A DNA stretch of 58,264 bases from Thiomicrorhabdus sp. (GTDB lineage Bacteria; Pseudomonadota; Gammaproteobacteria; Thiomicrospirales; Thiomicrospiraceae). Positions 53,354 through 58,264 of the stretch are shown piece after piece. The stretch is from the NCBI GenBank assembly GCA_021648625.1, contig JAKISK010000001.1, forward strand, positions 1 to 58,264, written 5' to 3'. Each line of letters starts with the position of its first letter. The first letter of the stretch is position 1. The translations under genes were made by a program, and so were the position numbers. The notes beneath the pieces were generated by a model. The model was not told the origin of the DNA. It ran no database searches and worked only from the letters and a program-made list of their open reading frames with translations.

Positions 53354-53665
53354 TCAGGATGATGAATATTGAATGTATTTTTTCCAAAAATCGGAGTCAA
53401 ATACACTTTCAACGTCTATTTTTAGTCCTTTACCAAGATCTGTATACATGTCGAAATCAATGTTTTTTGGCTTTTGGTCTAGATTCATTAGTTCAATAAA
53501 AAGGCCTTCATAGGCCATTTCATATTCATTATGATCAATATAATGTTGAACTGCTTCCACAGTTTCAATATCTAATTGTTCAGAATATTTATCTAACAAA
53601 ATTTGAAGTAAATGTTCTGAATTATTTATCCAGAATGTATCATCTTTTTTATTCATCATTATCAT
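53354..53665 (-). CDS. MafI-like immunity protein
   Basis: HYIDHNEYEMAYEGL motif; small acidic gene immediately after an EndoU toxin domain. Confidence 0.75.
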   Translation of the reverse strand: MIMMNKKDDTFWINNSEHLLQILLDKYSEQLDIETVEAVQHYIDHNEYEMAYEGLFIELMNLDQKPKNIDFDMYTDLGKGLKIDVESVFDSDFWKKYIQYSSS

Positions 53666-53667
53666 TT

Positions 53668-56046
53668 CTATGGGTTAGGTCTAACATTAGTTGGGTAAGC
53701 GGTAGAGATTTGGCCAGCATATTTAGGATGGTTTTTTGGATAAAAATCAACTCGTATTTCTATACCATCACGAACACCAGTAACATAAGGAGAATTCCAC
53801 TTTCCAACTCCTTTGATCGAATTGGGATCTTTGGCAATATCTGAGATATTTTGAAGAATTTTTTCATCATTCCAATTAGCGGGAAATTCTGTTTTTCCAG
53901 ATTTACCAGTACCCGCTCGATGACGATTAAGAATATGATCTTTTCTGTGAGCAATTAGATCAACAGATTTAATTTTTTTATCAATTATATCATCTTTTTC
54001 ATTGCCTTTATTGTTGTCAACAGCATTATTACTATCGGATTTATCTTTATTACCAAACACATTTTTAACAATGTTTGTAAAAATTTTTCTAGGCGAAAGA
54101 TCTCCCAACATATCCGTTGGAAAAAATAGAGGTTCGATGGCTCCACTGCCAAAATCATCAGGAACTTGAGAACCACTGCTTGCGACCTGAACAGGCTCCA
54201 CACTTTTATTTATGCCAAATTCTTTCGTCTCATTCGCCTTAAACCCACCAAACTCCCCAGCCTTCGGTTCCACCGCCATGTTGTCAAGGTTTGTCTTGGC
54301 TTGAGAAGCGCCGCCACCGCCGGCATTAATCTTAACCATTCCCCCTTGGATGGTCGTGATGCCTTGGCCTTTGATGGTGATTTTTGTTCCGGCCACGGTA
54401 ATTTGGGTGGGGGTCATTTTAATTTGATTGGCGCCCAGATTAAACTCGATAAAATCATTGGCGGTGATTTGGATGGATTTGGCTTTTTTTTCACTGGCTT
54501 GAATGACGTTTACTTTGAGTTCGCCTTCTATTTTAACGATTTCATTGTTTTTTATCAGTCGTCTGTAGTCTTTTTCGGCGTGGACGTAAATTTCTTCTTC
54601 GCCTTTTTTATCTTCAAATCGCAGTTCGTTAAATCCTGTGCCTTTGTGGGTTTTGGATTTAATGCTCATTCTTGTTTTGTGTTGAGGCAGGGCGTGGGGC
54701 AGTGGGTTTACGGCATCGTGGGTGCGTCCCATAATAATCGGTTGGTCGGGGTCGCCCTCTAAAAACTTAACCATCACTTCTTGTCCTACTCTGGGAATCG
54801 CCATGTTTCCCCAGCCTGCGCCTGCACTGCCTTGTGAGACGCGAACCCAACAACTGCTAAAATCATCGTATTGGCCTTCTATATCCCACGGAAACTGCAC
54901 CTTAACCCGTCCATGTTCGTCGCAATAAATCTCTTCGCCTTGGGGACCGACCACATGGGCGATTTGAGGGCCGTCTATGGTGGGTTTTGTGGGAATCTTA
55001 TTTCGCCAACTGTATGCCCCCAGCGGAAACAGCATCGATGCATTGTGATAACGGGTGTCTTGGCTTTGGGTGTCGTTTCGTGCCTCGGTGGCTTGGGGTT
55101 GTGTGCCGGTGTGGATAGTAGTGATAACTTGGTAGGTTTGGTTTCTGTTTGTATTGGGATGGCGTAACAGCGTAACGCCATGCCCCGCACTTAAGTGGGG
55201 CACATTGCTGTGTACCGTGGCGTGTGTGATGGCATTGCGTTCGGCCTCAAGCTGGTATTTTGTAAAACGTTTGCCACTGCCATCGTCTTTATAGCGTCCG
55301 TAGGGATTGTATTGTTCATACACATCGGGTTCACCGCCCAGACGTGCTTGGTAAAGTGTGTGTTCTTGGTTGTAACGTGGGTTCTTAAAACAGTAATCGC
55401 GCTGTTTGATGTCGGTGGTGCCAAGGGATTCTGTCCAGTCTAAATCGTACATAAACTGACCCTTAAGCACCACACTGGGGTCGGGGTTGTATTCAATGTT
55501 GGGTTCCAACAGAACTGAGCCAAGCGAACTGTGGTCGATTACTATCAGCTTTGCGCCGCTTTTTGAGTGTTCCCAAAAGTAAAAAAAGCCCTCTTCGGCG
55601 AGGAGTCGTTCGATAAACGCCAAATTGGTCTCTTGGTACTGCACACAATATTCACGGGGCGGGTGATCGTCTTGGGTTCTAAATTCGTAATCGACCAAGC
55701 CATGTTCTTTGAGTATTTTTTTAACGATGTCGGGAACGGTTTGTTGTTGAAACACACGGGCGTTGGAGGTGAGGCTTAATCGTTGTAGATCGGGTTCAAT
55801 GAGGAGGGTGTAGTACGCCCACCCATCCACAATGTCTTGAACGATCATCTGTTTAAGCGTTCCCACAAAATAGCGAATGTTGGCGTCGTACTTGTGGTGA
55901 ATGCTTAAGATGACTTGATGACCAATGCTGTCGGTGGGGTTAATTTTTGTGTTGCGACTGGCGACTTGTATGTTGCCTTGGTAGGGGGTGGAGAGGGGGA
56001 ATTTGGATTGGAATTTTAGCCCCCTTCTAGGAAGGCGATATTTCAC
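53668..56046 (-). CDS. vgrG: Evolved VgrG with C-terminal EndoU-like RNase toxin; native N-terminus missing
   Basis: REYCVQYQET, GRVKVQFPWD, SCWVRVSQ, PRVGQEV, NELRFED; toxin HILNRH..GKTEFP.NW...ISTAYP; first ~17 codons derive from the repeat. Confidence 0.88.
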   Translation of the reverse strand: MKYRLPRRGLKFQSKFPLSTPYQGNIQVASRNTKINPTDSIGHQVILSIHHKYDANIRYFVGTLKQMIVQDIVDGWAYYTLLIEPDLQRLSLTSNARVFQQQTVPDIVKKILKEHGLVDYEFRTQDDHPPREYCVQYQETNLAFIERLLAEEGFFYFWEHSKSGAKLIVIDHSSLGSVLLEPNIEYNPDPSVVLKGQFMYDLDWTESLGTTDIKQRDYCFKNPRYNQEHTLYQARLGGEPDVYEQYNPYGRYKDDGSGKRFTKYQLEAERNAITHATVHSNVPHLSAGHGVTLLRHPNTNRNQTYQVITTIHTGTQPQATEARNDTQSQDTRYHNASMLFPLGAYSWRNKIPTKPTIDGPQIAHVVGPQGEEIYCDEHGRVKVQFPWDIEGQYDDFSSCWVRVSQGSAGAGWGNMAIPRVGQEVMVKFLEGDPDQPIIMGRTHDAVNPLPHALPQHKTRMSIKSKTHKGTGFNELRFEDKKGEEEIYVHAEKDYRRLIKNNEIVKIEGELKVNVIQASEKKAKSIQITANDFIEFNLGANQIKMTPTQITVAGTKITIKGQGITTIQGGMVKINAGGGGASQAKTNLDNMAVEPKAGEFGGFKANETKEFGINKSVEPVQVASSGSQVPDDFGSGAIEPLFFPTDMLGDLSPRKIFTNIVKNVFGNKDKSDSNNAVDNNKGNEKDDIIDKKIKSVDLIAHRKDHILNRHRAGTGKSGKTEFPANWNDEKILQNISDIAKDPNSIKGVGKWNSPYVTGVRDGIEIRVDFYPKNHPKYAGQISTAYPTNVRPNP

Positions 56047-56060
56047 GATATTAAAAAGTG
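55995..56060 (-). repeat. ~70-bp cassette-head repeat, copy 2
   Basis: Matches 53179-53250; joins directly to internal vgrG sequence (LSTPYQG). Confidence 0.85.
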
Positions 56061-56074
56061 TCGGTTTAGTAGAG

Positions 56075-56503
56075 TTATTCCAGAGCGCTTAATAGTTTTT
56101 GCAAGGAATTGTGATACTTAAATATTCTTTTTAAGTCTTCGTTATTAATGGATTTAATTCTCGTCAAATCTAGGTTATCTTTTATATCTTCAATTTTTAT
56201 TTTTATCGCTAATTGATTAGTCAAAACTCGGTTAATAAATATTTCATAGTCTTCATTTTTTCTTTTTGACAAACAATCAAGAGCATCAAGTGTTACTTGA
56301 GAAAATCCACAGCTTGCCAAGTATTCAAGCGTCATATCGCTATCTTCAATACTATCATGAAGAACCGCAACTACTTGCTCTTGTTTATTTTTAAACTTTA
56401 GCATTAGTCTTAAAGGATGTAATATATAAGGTTGGTCTGCCTTATCCACTTGACCTTTATGTGCTTTGCAAGCTAATTCAATCGCTTTATCCAAGTTGTC
56501 CAT
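56075..56503 (-). CDS. Small HD-domain alarmone hydrolase (SAH/Aph1-like)
   Basis: AHKGQVDKADQPYILHP, AVLHDSIED, IKIEDIKDN. Confidence 0.85.
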   Translation of the reverse strand: MDNLDKAIELACKAHKGQVDKADQPYILHPLRLMLKFKNKQEQVVAVLHDSIEDSDMTLEYLASCGFSQVTLDALDCLSKRKNEDYEIFINRVLTNQLAIKIKIEDIKDNLDLTRIKSINNEDLKRIFKYHNSLQKLLSALE

Positions 56504-56510
56504 AAGATAA

Positions 56511-56695
56511 TTATTTTCCTTTTAAATATTCGTTTTGAGTAATTTCATCGCCATATAAAAGAGCGTCGTTGTACAAACGATTATTATAAGAAATAAGTTT
56601 ATTTTTTTCTGATTTACCATAATTTTTTTTATTTTATAAAGGTTACCATTTAAGGGTTCCAGCCCCTTTTCAATAAAAATTGATATTTTTTCATC
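56511..56695 (-). pseudogene. Frameshifted small gene remnant upstream of the HD hydrolase
   Basis: Hand translation gives ...NRLYNDALLYGDEITQNEYLKGK* ending 8 bp before the HD start; no intact start. Confidence 0.35.
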
Positions 56696-56730
56696 CTAAG
56701 CTACTGTGTATTTTAGCCAAAGACGCGGCA

Positions 56731-57009
56731 TTAAATCCTCCCTTTCTTTATCAAATCTACTATCTCGACTACTTTATAAATCATATTTGAAAAATCTTCA
56801 TAATTAGCTTCAAACTCTCTAACAGCAATAATACCGATTATAATATCTTTTAATTTACTTCTATCATTTCGATTGTATAGAGCATCTAAGATATAATTTA
56901 GTTGTGTTCTCGTAGAAATTACAGGTTGCCATGTAGTATCTTCAGAAAAATCTTGATAAGATTTTTTTATAGCTTCTTCCACTAACAATTGAGCTTCATC
57001 TATTTTCAT
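56731..57009 (-). CDS. Tsi6-family immunity protein
   Basis: S...QLNYI...DRSKL..I.IG.IAVREFE pattern matches Tsi6 (recall); follows the toxin stop by 5 bp. Confidence 0.8.
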   Translation of the reverse strand: MKIDEAQLLVEEAIKKSYQDFSEDTTWQPVISTRTQLNYILDALYNRNDRSKLKDIIIGIIAVREFEANYEDFSNMIYKVVEIVDLIKKGRI

Positions 57010-57014
57010 AACAC

Positions 57015-58264
57015 TTAATCCTTTGGTATAAAGGCAGTATTGTCACGCGTAAAATATTGCGTTCCTCCACCAGTTGTTTTAAAAGGCTTGGAAGGAGCAG
57101 ACCATATATCAACAATTCCACTTCTTGCAGTAGACTCGAGAACTGTAGTATTAGAATTCAATTCAAAAATAGTTTTAGTTTTTTTCACAATCACACCATT
57201 AACCTCTGCACTAGGGTTGATTCCTAATTCTGTTGCTTTTGCATTTGGTTTTGCAAAATAATGCCCTACTTTTCCGCCAGGAACCTGAAATTGAGATGTT
57301 TTATTCCCTTTGGGTAGTTCTGTCAATTTTACAGGTTTTGAAAAATCAATTCCATCTAGGTGAGATTTTATTCTGCCTTTAGACCAGCCTAAGTTTTTAT
57401 AATATTCATAAGATAAGCGTAATTTCCCAAACTGAGTTTCTGGTATTTTTCCTGCATTTTTACCCCCCGCAACCTTCATCCCAACCTTAGCTGCCACCTT
57501 GCCACCAGGGACAATACCCGCAACGGTTGCAAGAGCTTCGGCACCTCGGTTTAGAGTTTCTCCCGTTATTAAATCTTTGCCCACAATCACTTGAGCTATG
57601 CCTTTAAGTACGCCAACGACTGGCATGGCATCCAGTGCTAAACTGGCAGCATCATCTTTTCCATAACCGCCTTCCGATGGTGGCGCTCCGCCTCCACCTT
57701 GTGACGCGGTACTCTTCGTTTTTTCGGTAAAAGAAATCTCTTCGGTCACATTCTTCCCAAACCCTTCAAACTCCCCAGTCTTAGCTCCCACCGCCATGTT
57801 TTCAAGGTTTGTCTTGGCTTGAGAAGCGCCGCTTCCGCCCGCATTAATCTTAACCATTCCCCCTTGAATGGTGGTCATGGCTTGGCCTTTGATTGAGACG
57901 TTTTTACCTGCCACGGTAATTTGGGTGGGGGTCATTTTAATTTGATTGGCGCCCAGATTAAACTCGATAAAATCATTGGCGGTGATTTGGATGGATTTGG
58001 CTTTTTTTTCACTGGCTTGAATGACGTTTACTTTGAGTTCGCCTTCTATTTTAACGATTTCATTGTTTTTTATCAGTCGTCTGTAGTCTTTTTCGGCGTG
58101 GACGTAAATTTCTTCTTCGCCTTTTTTATCTTCAAATCGCAGTTCGTTAAATCCTGTGCCTTTGTGGGTTTTGGATTTAATGCTCATTCTTGTTTTGTGT
58201 TGAGGCAGGGCGTGGGGCAGTGGGTTTACGGCATCGTGGGTGCGTCCCATAATAATCGGTTGGT
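57015..58264 (-). CDS. vgrG: Evolved VgrG C-terminal part with pre-toxin TG-like linker and Ntox46/Tse6-like NADase toxin; runs off the window
   Basis: ~500 bp nearly identical to vgrG 54245-54750; DAMPVVG..KG...GKDLITGE; GIDFSKPV, QFQ.PG..G.YF, VLESTA, D.W, GGGTQYF. Confidence 0.85.
   Translation of the reverse strand, partial: QPIIMGRTHDAVNPLPHALPQHKTRMSIKSKTHKGTGFNELRFEDKKGEEEIYVHAEKDYRRLIKNNEIVKIEGELKVNVIQASEKKAKSIQITANDFIEFNLGANQIKMTPTQITVAGKNVSIKGQAMTTIQGGMVKINAGGSGASQAKTNLENMAVGAKTGEFEGFGKNVTEEISFTEKTKSTASQGGGGAPPSEGGYGKDDAASLALDAMPVVGVLKGIAQVIVGKDLITGETLNRGAEALATVAGIVPGGKVAAKVGMKVAGGKNAGKIPETQFGKLRLSYEYYKNLGWSKGRIKSHLDGIDFSKPVKLTELPKGNKTSQFQVPGGKVGHYFAKPNAKATELGINPSAEVNGVIVKKTKTIFELNSNTTVLESTARSGIVDIWSAPSKPFKTTGGGTQYFTRDNTAFIPKD

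Noticed and set aside
1-58264. CRISPR array, tRNA, rRNA, integron attC array
   Set aside because: No regularly spaced repeat-spacer units, cloverleaf or rRNA signatures, or integrase were recognised by eye

Overview
Moderately AT-rich gammaproteobacterial chromosome segment; gene content and style suggest a Thiomicrorhabdus/Thiomicrospira-like sulfur oxidiser (inference, not verified). The housekeeping backbone comprises a TonB copper receptor-SCO-PCuAC cluster, rpiA, thiE-hemL, nagZ, pyrC, dsbB/dsbA-like, aceF-lpdA, slyD, hemJ, rimO, rnhA, nth, rnfABCDGE, metG and apbC. Four accessory blocks interrupt it: (1) a DRT1/UG1-like defence reverse transcriptase cut by an IS at the left edge; (2) a hipBA module; (3) an ~11.5 kb defence island (RhuM-Fic, NERD, decayed toxin-antitoxin pair, type IC R-M carrying prrC, rhuM and a DUF1016 gene); (4) a scrambled vgrG toxin/immunity cassette array at the right edge (Tse6/Ntox46-Tsi6, EndoU-MafI, orphan ankyrin lipoproteins, an HD alarmone hydrolase). 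The most unusual signal is not a gene. A dispersed asymmetric motif (about AAATTTTYT-C8-10-TAT) occurs at least 18 times on both strands, inside conserved genes, as intergenic inverted pairs and at gene-breakage junctions, which recalls DNA-uptake-sequence behaviour. Also found: two precise 21-bp palindromes inserted in frame in hsdS, two MITE families, and a 22-bp repeat paired with IHF consensus sites. All family assignments come from motif recognition and recall; no database search was run. No rRNA, tRNA or CRISPR array was seen.
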